31,322 bases of DNA from a bacterium (lineage in GTDB: Bacteria > Cyanobacteriota > Vampirovibrionia > Gastranaerophilales > Gastranaerophilaceae), in assembly GCA_017477685.1 (NCBI GenBank), contig JAFUUT010000207.1:1-31322 (forward strand), in the 5' to 3' direction. Position numbers and translations under genes: made by a program. The notes beneath the pieces were generated by a model. The model did not search any database. It was not told the origin of the DNA and saw nothing but the letters and a program-made list of their open reading frames with translations. Positions 18,145 through 26,372 of the stretch are shown here, one piece after another (within the stretch, counting starts at the first letter, position 1; each line of letters opens with the position of its first letter).

Positions 18145-18408
18145 ATGTCAGATGATAAAGTAGTAAGTCTTGGTTCTAAAAAGAAAAAATCATCAAAGCA
18201 TGAGGAAGAAAATATAAATCAAGATGTTGTATATTGTAGTTTTTGCGGCAGACCAAATACTCAAGTAATTAAAATGATTAAAGGCCCTGGGGTAAATATA
18301 TGTTCTGAATGTACTATGATTGCAGTACAATACTTGATACTTCAAGACAGGATGCCGTCTGCTGAAGCTCAGCAAATCTTGGATGCATTTTGGGGAAAGG
18401 CAAGATAA
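18145..18408 (+). CDS. Stand-alone ClpX-type C4 zinc-finger protein
   Basis: CSFCGRPNTQVIKMIKGPGVNICSECT matches the ClpX ZBD pattern CSFCGK..V..L..GPGV.IC.EC. No ATPase follows. Start at ATG 18145 after AAGGAG. Confidence 0.88.
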   Translation: MSDDKVVSLGSKKKKSSKHEEENINQDVVYCSFCGRPNTQVIKMIKGPGVNICSECTMIAVQYLILQDRMPSAEAQQILDAFWGKAR

Positions 18409-18411
18409 AGT

Positions 18412-20004
18412 TTGAGTATTAAAGTGAAACAATTGAATCCTTTTGAATTGAAAACCACATTAATAAAATTATTATCAGGTATAAATTCAGTAAATGATAT
18501 TCAGAATTGTCTTTCTGAGATAGAACTTCTTGATGCCCAAGAGGATAAGACGGTTCTTTCAAAGTTGCTATTTAAAGAATTAATGAATGCGGATAATGCA
18601 AAAATTCCGGTAATATGTTTTCTTTTAGAACATTTTATTAAGAAAGAGGATTTGGTAAGCGGACTTTGGGAAACATTAAATAACAAGTCAGTTAAAAGTG
18701 AGGCAAAAATTACTATAATAAATCTTTTGAGAGAACTGGATGCGGATTGGTCTTTTGAGGATTTTGCGGATTATGCGGAAGATGCGGATGAAATTCTGGA
18801 CGAAAATACAAGGCAGCTTTTGAATAATGCAATAATCAATCCTGAAGTTCAAATTGATTTTATGGATTTTATGGCATCTATAAAGGTTGAAGATAAAATA
18901 ACTTTACTCAATTCTTTCGGAAAAGATTTTAGTGATGATGCATTGGCCAATATATTGATTCCTGTTTTTGAGTCAAACCCAAGTAGTCCTGAGGGGAAAG
19001 AAGCTTTGAGAATGCTGGGCGAAACAAAATCTCAACTTGCTCTAAGTGTGCTTGAAAGAATGCAGAATTTAACCGAAGGTGAACTTAATCAATCTATTCG
19101 CAAGAGTTTAGCAACATTAAAAATGTCTGGTATAAGAGAAGATAATACAAAAGAATTTTATCGTGAAATTCTTTCAAACAGTAAACCGGATAAGTTCTAT
19201 GTTACATATCCTGACGGGCATGGTGATATGGCTATGATATGTACAAGAATTACCGAAGATAAAAGGATAAGATTTATTTCCGTTGTTACAAATATTGATA
19301 CTGGAATAAGAGATTGTTTCGGGTTTTATGATATTTCGCAGTTCGAGTGTGATAAAATTCTTGAAAGATTTTTGAAGGATGAAAAAGTTGCCTCTGTATC
19401 TGCGGAAACATTTAAAAATATTCTGTATAACAGCGAAATTCAAACTATTAAATCGAATAGTAATAATTGGGAGCTTCCTTATGAATATGTATGCTGGAAA
19501 AATCTTTTGATTGATATTGATTCGGAGGATGTTTTGATTGAGGATGTAGTGAAATCAGATGTTTCCGGTGTAGAAGTTGATGATTCAATTTTTACAAAAT
19601 TAAAAGAGATGAAAGTTTCTTCACATTGGTTTCTTGACGGATACTACAGCGATGAATTCGAAGAATTGCTGAAATATTTGAAAGGAAATAAGGATTTAGA
19701 TTCTGCCGAAAAACTTTATATTGATAAGGTCTTTTATAAAGAGGAAAAAGAATCATGGGTCAAAAAGCTTTATGTGTCTGCATATATCAAGTTGATGCTT
19801 GGTAAAAAAGATGAGGCAGAACAGATATACGGTTTGATTAGCGATAAAGTATTATTGGATAAATTTTTCGACAATTTGTTAAAACGTAGTATTTATGAGT
19901 ATTTTATGACGATAAAATATAATAAGGATATGAATGTTTTGCACTATTGTGATGATGAAATTATTTCAAAGATTGAGTATATAGAAAAGAATTGGGTAAG
20001 TTAG
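18412..20004 (+). CDS. Hypothetical protein, probable HEAT/alpha-solenoid region
   Basis: 530-aa ORF with TTG start 3 nt after the previous stop. HEAT-like segments such as EALRMLGETKSQLALSVLERM. Confidence 0.8.
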   Translation: MSIKVKQLNPFELKTTLIKLLSGINSVNDIQNCLSEIELLDAQEDKTVLSKLLFKELMNADNAKIPVICFLLEHFIKKEDLVSGLWETLNNKSVKSEAKITIINLLRELDADWSFEDFADYAEDADEILDENTRQLLNNAIINPEVQIDFMDFMASIKVEDKITLLNSFGKDFSDDALANILIPVFESNPSSPEGKEALRMLGETKSQLALSVLERMQNLTEGELNQSIRKSLATLKMSGIREDNTKEFYREILSNSKPDKFYVTYPDGHGDMAMICTRITEDKRIRFISVVTNIDTGIRDCFGFYDISQFECDKILERFLKDEKVASVSAETFKNILYNSEIQTIKSNSNNWELPYEYVCWKNLLIDIDSEDVLIEDVVKSDVSGVEVDDSIFTKLKEMKVSSHWFLDGYYSDEFEELLKYLKGNKDLDSAEKLYIDKVFYKEEKESWVKKLYVSAYIKLMLGKKDEAEQIYGLISDKVLLDKFFDNLLKRSIYEYFMTIKYNKDMNVLHYCDDEIISKIEYIEKNWVS

Positions 20005-20409
20005 ATGTATAAAGTAATGGCGCTTGATGTGGGAACAAAAAGAATAGGAATTGCTTTAAGCGATTTTCTTTTGATGCTGGCTCAGGGGCATTCTTATATC
20101 TCTCGTAAACCCGAGGATAAGGCGTTAGAGGCTATATACAAAATAGCGAAAGAAAACCATGTAGAAAAAATTGTTGTCGGTTTACCTCTAAATATGGACG
20201 GTACAAAGGGGTTTCAGGCGCAGGATTGCGAAGAATTTGCTTCAAAGATTCAAGGATATGAAATTATTTTTGAAGATGAACGCTTGACTTCAGACTCTGC
20301 GGAAGAAAATCTTAGAGCAAAGAAAATAGATTTTAAAAAAGATAAAGGACTGGTTGATATTGAAAGTGCTTGTATTATACTGGAACAATATATATCAAGA
20401 AAAAAATAG
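20005..20409 (+). CDS. ruvX: Holliday junction resolvase-like / pre-16S rRNA nuclease YqgF
   Basis: ALDVGTKRIGIALSD, VVGLPLNMDG, EDERLTS and D..SACIILE. Confidence 0.95.
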   Translation: MYKVMALDVGTKRIGIALSDFLLMLAQGHSYISRKPEDKALEAIYKIAKENHVEKIVVGLPLNMDGTKGFQAQDCEEFASKIQGYEIIFEDERLTSDSAEENLRAKKIDFKKDKGLVDIESACIILEQYISRKK

Positions 20410-20418
20410 GAGGCTGAT

Positions 20419-20685
20419 ATGGCAGAAGAAGAAAACAACATTATTGAAATTACAGATGATGAAGGCAATACTATCAAATGCGAATTATATGATATAATTG
20501 AATTTGAAAACAATCAATATGCAGTGTTGATTGAGGCTGAAACGGAAGAAGAAAATCCGGAAATGGTATTGATGAGATATACTGAAGAAGATGGTGAAAG
20601 CTATTTTGAAACTATTGAAGATGATGAAGAATTTGAAAAAGTTTCAGAATATATAGAAAGTTTGGAAGAAGTAGAAGAGGAATAG
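20419..20685 (+). CDS. DUF1292-like acidic protein
   Basis: IEITDDEGN...FENNQYAVL...IEDDEEFEKV, located downstream of ruvX as in Firmicutes. Confidence 0.82.
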   Translation: MAEEENNIIEITDDEGNTIKCELYDIIEFENNQYAVLIEAETEEENPEMVLMRYTEEDGESYFETIEDDEEFEKVSEYIESLEEVEEE

Positions 20686-20689
20686 AGTC

Positions 20690-22048
20690 TTGTTTGAAAA
20701 ATTTACTGAAAAAGCGTTAAATGTAATTCTTGAAGCGCAGAATATTGCAATTTATGACCAAAGTGACAAGGTTTTATCCGAGCATTTGCTTTTGGCTCTT
20801 GTAAAAGAAACGAAAGGATTTTGTGCAAAGATATTCAGTTCTTCCCATATCACTTATGATGCGCTGGCAAAAGAGATTTATATGACGCTGGATATTGAAG
20901 AGTCCGATTTAAACTCGGCTATTCCTTTCAGTGAAGATTTCAAACGTATTCTAAAAAGAACAATGGATTTGGTTGACGAATCGGGAAATTCTACTGTTCA
21001 TTATGAACATTTGGTTCTTGCCGCAATAAATGACAAGCATTCCAAAATTTCTCAGTATCTTGAAAATTTAGGTTTTGATATTGACAAGTCCCGTCCATTG
21101 ATAGAAAAACTTGTTCAAAGAAAAGTTAAGAACGATTTTCATCCTGAAAATGATGATAATAAAGAACCGGAGATTAATCTTACGCAGGAAACGGATTCTC
21201 TGTTTGATAATCCGGAATCTTCAAAGGTTTTTGAGCGTGCAGTTTCAAAATTGTCCACTTCTGACTATGAAATTTTAGGAACAGAGCAAATCATATCTTC
21301 AATATTGGAAGATAAAGATTCCTCTTTGACAAAAATTCTCGCGCAATTCGGAATTACAGAGGAGGGATTTGATGAAAAACTCTCAAAAGTCCAATCCCGC
21401 AGTGCGGAGTATGAAGGACGACAGATAGTTTTTACTCCGAATGCTTTTATTGCAATGAGTCTTGCGCAGCAAACAGCAAAAGAACTTGGTTCATCGGAAG
21501 TCTTGCCTGAACATATGATTTTAGGTCTTTTGAAATCTAAAAAGGGTGTAGCCTATAATATTTTGAAAGAATTCAAGATTAATGATGATGATTTGGCTCA
21601 TACAATTATAAAACCGATTGAAAAAGAAATGCCTGAAACACTGACAGTTTTGCGTCTTGCAAAGCAAGAAGCACGCAGAATGGGAAAAAGTGTTGTCGGA
21701 ACAGAGATGTTTTTACTTGGCATAATAGGGGAAGCTACCGGAGTAGGCGCTCAAGTTTTAAAAGGACTGGAGATAAATATAAAAGATGCGCGTCTGATTG
21801 TTGAACAAATGATTGGTTTTGGAAATGATTATTTTGATAGTGAAATGTCATTTACAAAACGTGCAAAAAGGGTTCTTGAAACGGCTTGGGATTATGCCAA
21901 AAAAGCCAACAAAACCAAAATCAGTTCATCTGATTTGTTATGGGCAATCACGACAGAGCCTGATTCTACTGCAATGCAGGTATTGGAACAGCTGGGTACC
22001 GACGTATTGGAAATCCGGGAAGGGGTTAAAAAGTACTTAGCTAAATAG
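20690..22048 (+). CDS. Protein of three tandem Clp N-terminal (Clp-R) domains, no AAA+ module
   Basis: MFEKFTEKALNVI...EHLLLAL; six Clp-repeat-like motifs (SEHLL, YEHLV, GTEQI, PEHMI, GTEMF, SSDLL). No Walker A. Confidence 0.85.
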   Translation: MFEKFTEKALNVILEAQNIAIYDQSDKVLSEHLLLALVKETKGFCAKIFSSSHITYDALAKEIYMTLDIEESDLNSAIPFSEDFKRILKRTMDLVDESGNSTVHYEHLVLAAINDKHSKISQYLENLGFDIDKSRPLIEKLVQRKVKNDFHPENDDNKEPEINLTQETDSLFDNPESSKVFERAVSKLSTSDYEILGTEQIISSILEDKDSSLTKILAQFGITEEGFDEKLSKVQSRSAEYEGRQIVFTPNAFIAMSLAQQTAKELGSSEVLPEHMILGLLKSKKGVAYNILKEFKINDDDLAHTIIKPIEKEMPETLTVLRLAKQEARRMGKSVVGTEMFLLGIIGEATGVGAQVLKGLEINIKDARLIVEQMIGFGNDYFDSEMSFTKRAKRVLETAWDYAKKANKTKISSSDLLWAITTEPDSTAMQVLEQLGTDVLEIREGVKKYLAK

Positions 22049-22077
22049 TTTTTATATACTAAGGTCTGCCCTGCATT

Positions 22078-22296
22078 TTAAACATACGGCTTTGTTCTTA
22101 CAAATTTTAGGTCGTAACCGAGGATTTGTCCGATTAATTTTGCTTCTTCATATTTTAATGTCTTGCGAGATAATTTTTGAGAGAGGTTAGAGCGTGTGTA
22201 ATTATGTCCAGAAATTCTAGTCATTTCTTTTGCCACAAAAGTTATTGTAGTTTCGTTTTCAGTAAGTAATAGCTTTATATCTTTTCTTACGCTCAT
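22078..22296 (-). CDS. Small HTH-like transcriptional regulator (72 aa)
   Basis: MSVRKDIKLLLTENETTITFVAKEM...YTRSNLSQKLSRKTLKYEEAKLIGQILGYDLKF. AGGAGG RBS 5' of ATG 22296. Confidence 0.75.
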   Translation of the reverse strand: MSVRKDIKLLLTENETTITFVAKEMTRISGHNYTRSNLSQKLSRKTLKYEEAKLIGQILGYDLKFVRTKPYV

Positions 22297-22309
22297 TTTT
22301 CCTCCTACA

Positions 22310-22400
22310 ACATATTGACACATTTAAACTTTTTTGATAATAGTCGTAATTATATAGGAACGAACGTAAAATATTTATGACGAAATTGTATACAAAATTA
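22310..22400. promoter_or_regulatory. Divergent promoter/operator region
   Basis: TTGACA at 22315, minus-strand TATAAT at 22349-22354, imperfect IR GTCGTAA/TTATGAC and palindrome TTGTATACAA (22386-22395). Confidence 0.5.
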
Positions 22401-22417
22401 CATATTAAGGAATATTT

Positions 22418-22753
22418 ATGAGATATAAACCAATTATACAAATTGATTTGGATGGGGTTTTGAACACGTATAACGGGGATTATGATAAGGATTTTATTCA
22501 TCCTGTAAAAGAGGGTGCAAAAGATTTTTTAGAAAAAATGTATGCAAAATACAAATTGGTTTTGTTTTCTGCAAGGGATACCGAAATGACAGCAAAATGG
22601 CTGCGGGATAACGGAATACGAGAGTATTTTTCCGATATAACAAATGTTAAGACAAATGCTTATTTAACTGTCGATGACAGGTGTGTATGTTTTAGAGGTG
22701 ATTATGAGTCTTTAATTTGTGATATAGATAACTTCAAAGTTTGGTATAAATAA
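22418..22753 (+). CDS. Small capless HAD-superfamily hydrolase
   Basis: Motif I IDLDGVL, motif II FSAR and motif IV VDDR. Confidence 0.8.
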   Translation: MRYKPIIQIDLDGVLNTYNGDYDKDFIHPVKEGAKDFLEKMYAKYKLVLFSARDTEMTAKWLRDNGIREYFSDITNVKTNAYLTVDDRCVCFRGDYESLICDIDNFKVWYK

Positions 22754-22784
22754 TGATATTCGTGATAAAATTTTATTATCAATT

Positions 22785-24131
22785 ATGAATAAAATTCATC
22801 AGATAATAAAATCTTTTCTTGTTGATTACAATCTGAATAATCCGGATTTAGTTTATCTTGTTGCGTTTTCCGGCGGGTATGATTCTATGTGTCTTTTGGA
22901 TTCTTTAAAAAAGGTTTGCCCTGATAATAAAATCATTGCGCTTCACCTAAATCACAACTGGCGCGGGGAAGAAAGCGACAGTGAGGAACAAAATTGTGCC
23001 GATTTTTGTAAAAAAATCGGGGTTGAATTTTATAGTGAAAAATTAAGTTCGGATGTTCCTAAAAATGAAACTGCCGCACGTGATGCCCGTTATGAATTTT
23101 TCTATAAGTGCGCAAAAAAGTACAATTCAAATATTATATTTACTGCTCATAATAAAAATGACAATGCCGAAACATTAATATTTAGAATTTGTCATGGTAC
23201 GGGTGTAAACGGACTTCGAGGAATTTCGCCTAAAAGAGATATTTTTTACAGACCGATTTTGGGTATTGAAAGAAAAGATATTGAAGACTATTGCAGAATA
23301 AATAATTTATCTCCGAATTATGATTCCTCAAATGATGATAATATTCACAAAAGGAATTTAATTCGTTCTGAAATTTTACCTTTAATAAAAAAAGAATTGA
23401 ATGAGAATATTCTTGAAGCGTTAAATTCCTTATCTGTTGTTGCAGCGGAAGAAACTGAGATAGTTAAAGAATATATATCAAAAATCAGGGAGAAAATATG
23501 TTTTGAAAAGTCAAAATATAAAACAAAAGATTTTTTACAGTTGTCAGAAAGTGTTCAAAAGCGTGTTATCTACGAAATTATGACTCCATTAATCCCTGAA
23601 AATTATGATAGAGAACGTTTACTGATTTTATGGAATTTTATTAAAGATAACTGCAATTTAAAATCCGGAAAAACTATTTCTGTTACAAAAGGTTATTTGC
23701 TTTTTGTAAATGATAAGTTTTTTGAAATTATTTCTGATAATGTCAAAGAGGAAGTATCTATTAATATAAAAAGTGCAGGAGAATATCGTTATGGAGGATT
23801 TAGTTTCAATATTTTCGAATGTAATTCAAACACTGATAAATGTGCTGGCATTTCTGGCGGGTCTGTTTTCGTGGATTTGTCCGATGTAGATTTTGATTTT
23901 GTGTTGAGAACAAGACAAGACGGAGATATAATTCAACCTTTTGGAATGTCAGGACATCAAAAATTAAAAAAATATCTAAATGCTAAAAAAATTCCTAATC
24001 ATCAAAAAGACAAATTATTATTTTTGGCTCAAGGTAAAGAAATTTTGTGGTCTGAAATTGGTATGAGTGAGAAAATTCGTGTAAAAACAAGACCTACACA
24101 TGTGATTATAATAAAGAAAGAAGGTATATAA
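22785..24131 (+). CDS. tilS: tRNA(Ile)-lysidine synthetase
   Basis: AFSGGYDSMCL, ARDARY, TAHNKNDNAET, RGISP, YRPIL and RNLIR. An extended -10 (TG-A-TAAAAT, 22763-22771) lies just upstream. Confidence 0.96.
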   Translation: MNKIHQIIKSFLVDYNLNNPDLVYLVAFSGGYDSMCLLDSLKKVCPDNKIIALHLNHNWRGEESDSEEQNCADFCKKIGVEFYSEKLSSDVPKNETAARDARYEFFYKCAKKYNSNIIFTAHNKNDNAETLIFRICHGTGVNGLRGISPKRDIFYRPILGIERKDIEDYCRINNLSPNYDSSNDDNIHKRNLIRSEILPLIKKELNENILEALNSLSVVAAEETEIVKEYISKIREKICFEKSKYKTKDFLQLSESVQKRVIYEIMTPLIPENYDRERLLILWNFIKDNCNLKSGKTISVTKGYLLFVNDKFFEIISDNVKEEVSINIKSAGEYRYGGFSFNIFECNSNTDKCAGISGGSVFVDLSDVDFDFVLRTRQDGDIIQPFGMSGHQKLKKYLNAKKIPNHQKDKLLFLAQGKEILWSEIGMSEKIRVKTRPTHVIIIKKEGI

Positions 24132-24655
24132 TGACTATGAACTTGAAAGTTCTTTATAGTGAAGCAGAAATTCAAAATAAAATTAAGGAGCTTGCTTCTA
24201 AAATGAATGCTCTGTATAACGGTGAAGAGGTTACGGTTATATGTGTGTTAAAGGGTGCTGTTATGTTTGCAACAGACTTGGTCAAGTTTCTTGATATGCC
24301 CGTGCAAATGGAATTTATCAGACTTTCAAGCTACGGTTCATCTTTAACTACTTCAGGGAAAGTTAATGCTGTAGATATTAAACTTCCTGATTTGAATAAT
24401 AAAAATGTTTTGATTGTTGAAGATATTGTTGATACAGGACTTACCGCAAAATTTTTAATTGATTTTATGAATATGAATTTTCATGTTAAATCATTAAAAT
24501 TCTGCTCTCTTTTAGATAAAAAAATTACGAGAAAAGTTGATATAGAACCTGATTTTTACGGATTTGAAGTAGACGACAAATTTGTTGTTGGATATGGTCT
24601 TGATTATGACGGCTATTACAGGAATTTGCCGTATATAGGTTATAAAGAAAATTAG
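24131..24655 (+). CDS. hpt: Hypoxanthine phosphoribosyltransferase
   Basis: VLKGAVMF, SSYG, VLIVEDIVDTGLT and FVVGYGLDY. TAATG overlap with tilS. Confidence 0.96.
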   Translation: MTMNLKVLYSEAEIQNKIKELASKMNALYNGEEVTVICVLKGAVMFATDLVKFLDMPVQMEFIRLSSYGSSLTTSGKVNAVDIKLPDLNNKNVLIVEDIVDTGLTAKFLIDFMNMNFHVKSLKFCSLLDKKITRKVDIEPDFYGFEVDDKFVVGYGLDYDGYYRNLPYIGYKEN

Positions 24656-24704
24656 CATTATACGAAGTTTTATGGTAATATTTGACTATATTGGAGTAAA
24701 AAAA

Positions 24705-25301
24705 ATGACTACAACACAAACAGAAACAGTAAAATTTGACCCCGGATATGCTCAGCATACAACTATATTGTCAATAAGTTTGGAATATATTTATTCTTCA
24801 TTAAATTCGTATAAAAATTTCGGGCAGAAAAAAGCAAAATTCAAAATGCTTTATCCGCAAATTAAAAGAATGGTGGATAATAATGTCGGTTTTTGTTTGG
24901 GAAGTCTTTTGTGGGCTGTTTATATCAAATCATTGGGGGATATAAAAATAGAAGGCAATCCTTGTTTTGGGGACACATATGACAAAGAGGAAACTTGTTC
25001 TGAGGTAGATTTTTCAATTGAATACTATGAGCAATTGAAAAAAGATGCAAAATATTATCTCGGTCAAGATTATCAAATTAATCCTTTGCATATTACAATA
25101 TTGAATTTGTATAAGGAATTCCTTACAGAAAATATGAATTTTGTTAATACTAAAACAACAAATGATGTCAAACTTCCTGAAAAATTTAAGATGCCGTCAA
25201 AGGATGAACTTTTGGCAATTTATTCAAAAATAAATGAGGTAATTCAATCCGGCAATCTTCTTGATTTAGCAGATGTCTTTAGTTTTGTTTATGAAGGATA
25301 G
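24705..25301 (+). CDS. Hypothetical protein
   Basis: Long ORF; start taken as ATG 24705 after GGAG. No family recognised. Confidence 0.75.
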   Translation: MTTTQTETVKFDPGYAQHTTILSISLEYIYSSLNSYKNFGQKKAKFKMLYPQIKRMVDNNVGFCLGSLLWAVYIKSLGDIKIEGNPCFGDTYDKEETCSEVDFSIEYYEQLKKDAKYYLGQDYQINPLHITILNLYKEFLTENMNFVNTKTTNDVKLPEKFKMPSKDELLAIYSKINEVIQSGNLLDLADVFSFVYEG

Positions 25302-25302
25302 T

Positions 25303-26274
25303 ATGGCTGATTTGAAAACAAAATTATATCAAATGTTTATACTCGGGCTTGAAGGAGGGGAGTATAAAAAAGTGCTTTCGAACGGTCTTGGCGGGGTTAT
25401 ATTTTTTACTAAAGATATTCAAAATGTTGAACAGTTCAAATCTCTTATTTCACAAATAAAAAATATTAGTTTGATTTCTCCGTTTTTATCAATCGATCAA
25501 GAAGGCGGGCGAGTCGAAAGAACTGAAAATATTCACAATGGTAAAAAATATTTATCCGCTAAATATGCTTTTGAAAAAGGAGAAGATTTTCTTGCCTTGC
25601 AAACTGATACAATGGCAGCGGAATTGAAAGATTACGGCATAAATTTGAATTTTGCGCCATGTATTGATACAAATACCAATCCAAATAACCCGATAATAGG
25701 TGAAAGAGCATATTCTTCAAATCCTGATGAAGTTATTATTGCAGAGAATATTGTGTCAGGTATTTATCGAAAGTATGGAATTATTCCTTGTATAAAACAT
25801 TACCCCGGGCATGGAGATGCAAATGCGGATAGTCATTTGACTCTGCCGGAGATAAATTTATCAATGAACGAGATGAAAGATATTCACATTAAGCCTTTTG
25901 AAGCTGCAATAAAAAACGGCGCAGATATGGTTATGGCGGCTCATCTTCACTGCATGTGTTTTGACAAAGAAGTTATTCCGACCTCTTTGAGTAAAAATGC
26001 TCTTTCATATTTGAGAAATGAATTAGGATTTGACGGGGTAATAATTTCTGATGATATGGTTATGAAAGGTGTTGCCGATTTTGGCGAAGTTGAAGCCTTT
26101 ATTATGGGTATAAAAGCAGGCTTAAATCTTTTTATTTACCGTAATTCCGACTCGAAAATAATTAATGTAATTGAAAAAATATACCAAATTGCATTAGAAA
26201 ATATTGAAATCAGATCAAGAATTGAAGATTCTTATGAGAGAATAATTAATCTAAAAGAAAAATTTTCGGTATAA
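25303..26274 (+). CDS. nagZ: GH3 beta-N-acetylhexosaminidase
   Basis: SIDQEGGRV, NFAPCID, KHYPGHG, DSH and ISDDMVM. Start taken as ATG 25303. Confidence 0.88.
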   Translation: MADLKTKLYQMFILGLEGGEYKKVLSNGLGGVIFFTKDIQNVEQFKSLISQIKNISLISPFLSIDQEGGRVERTENIHNGKKYLSAKYAFEKGEDFLALQTDTMAAELKDYGINLNFAPCIDTNTNPNNPIIGERAYSSNPDEVIIAENIVSGIYRKYGIIPCIKHYPGHGDANADSHLTLPEINLSMNEMKDIHIKPFEAAIKNGADMVMAAHLHCMCFDKEVIPTSLSKNALSYLRNELGFDGVIISDDMVMKGVADFGEVEAFIMGIKAGLNLFIYRNSDSKIINVIEKIYQIALENIEIRSRIEDSYERIINLKEKFSV

Positions 26275-26372
26275 ATATTTTTGTTAAAATATTTACCCAT
26301 TGTAAAGATATTAGCCCACTATAGCTTGTTTGTGCTATACTTTTATTATTAGGATAGACTTGGAGGGAATAC

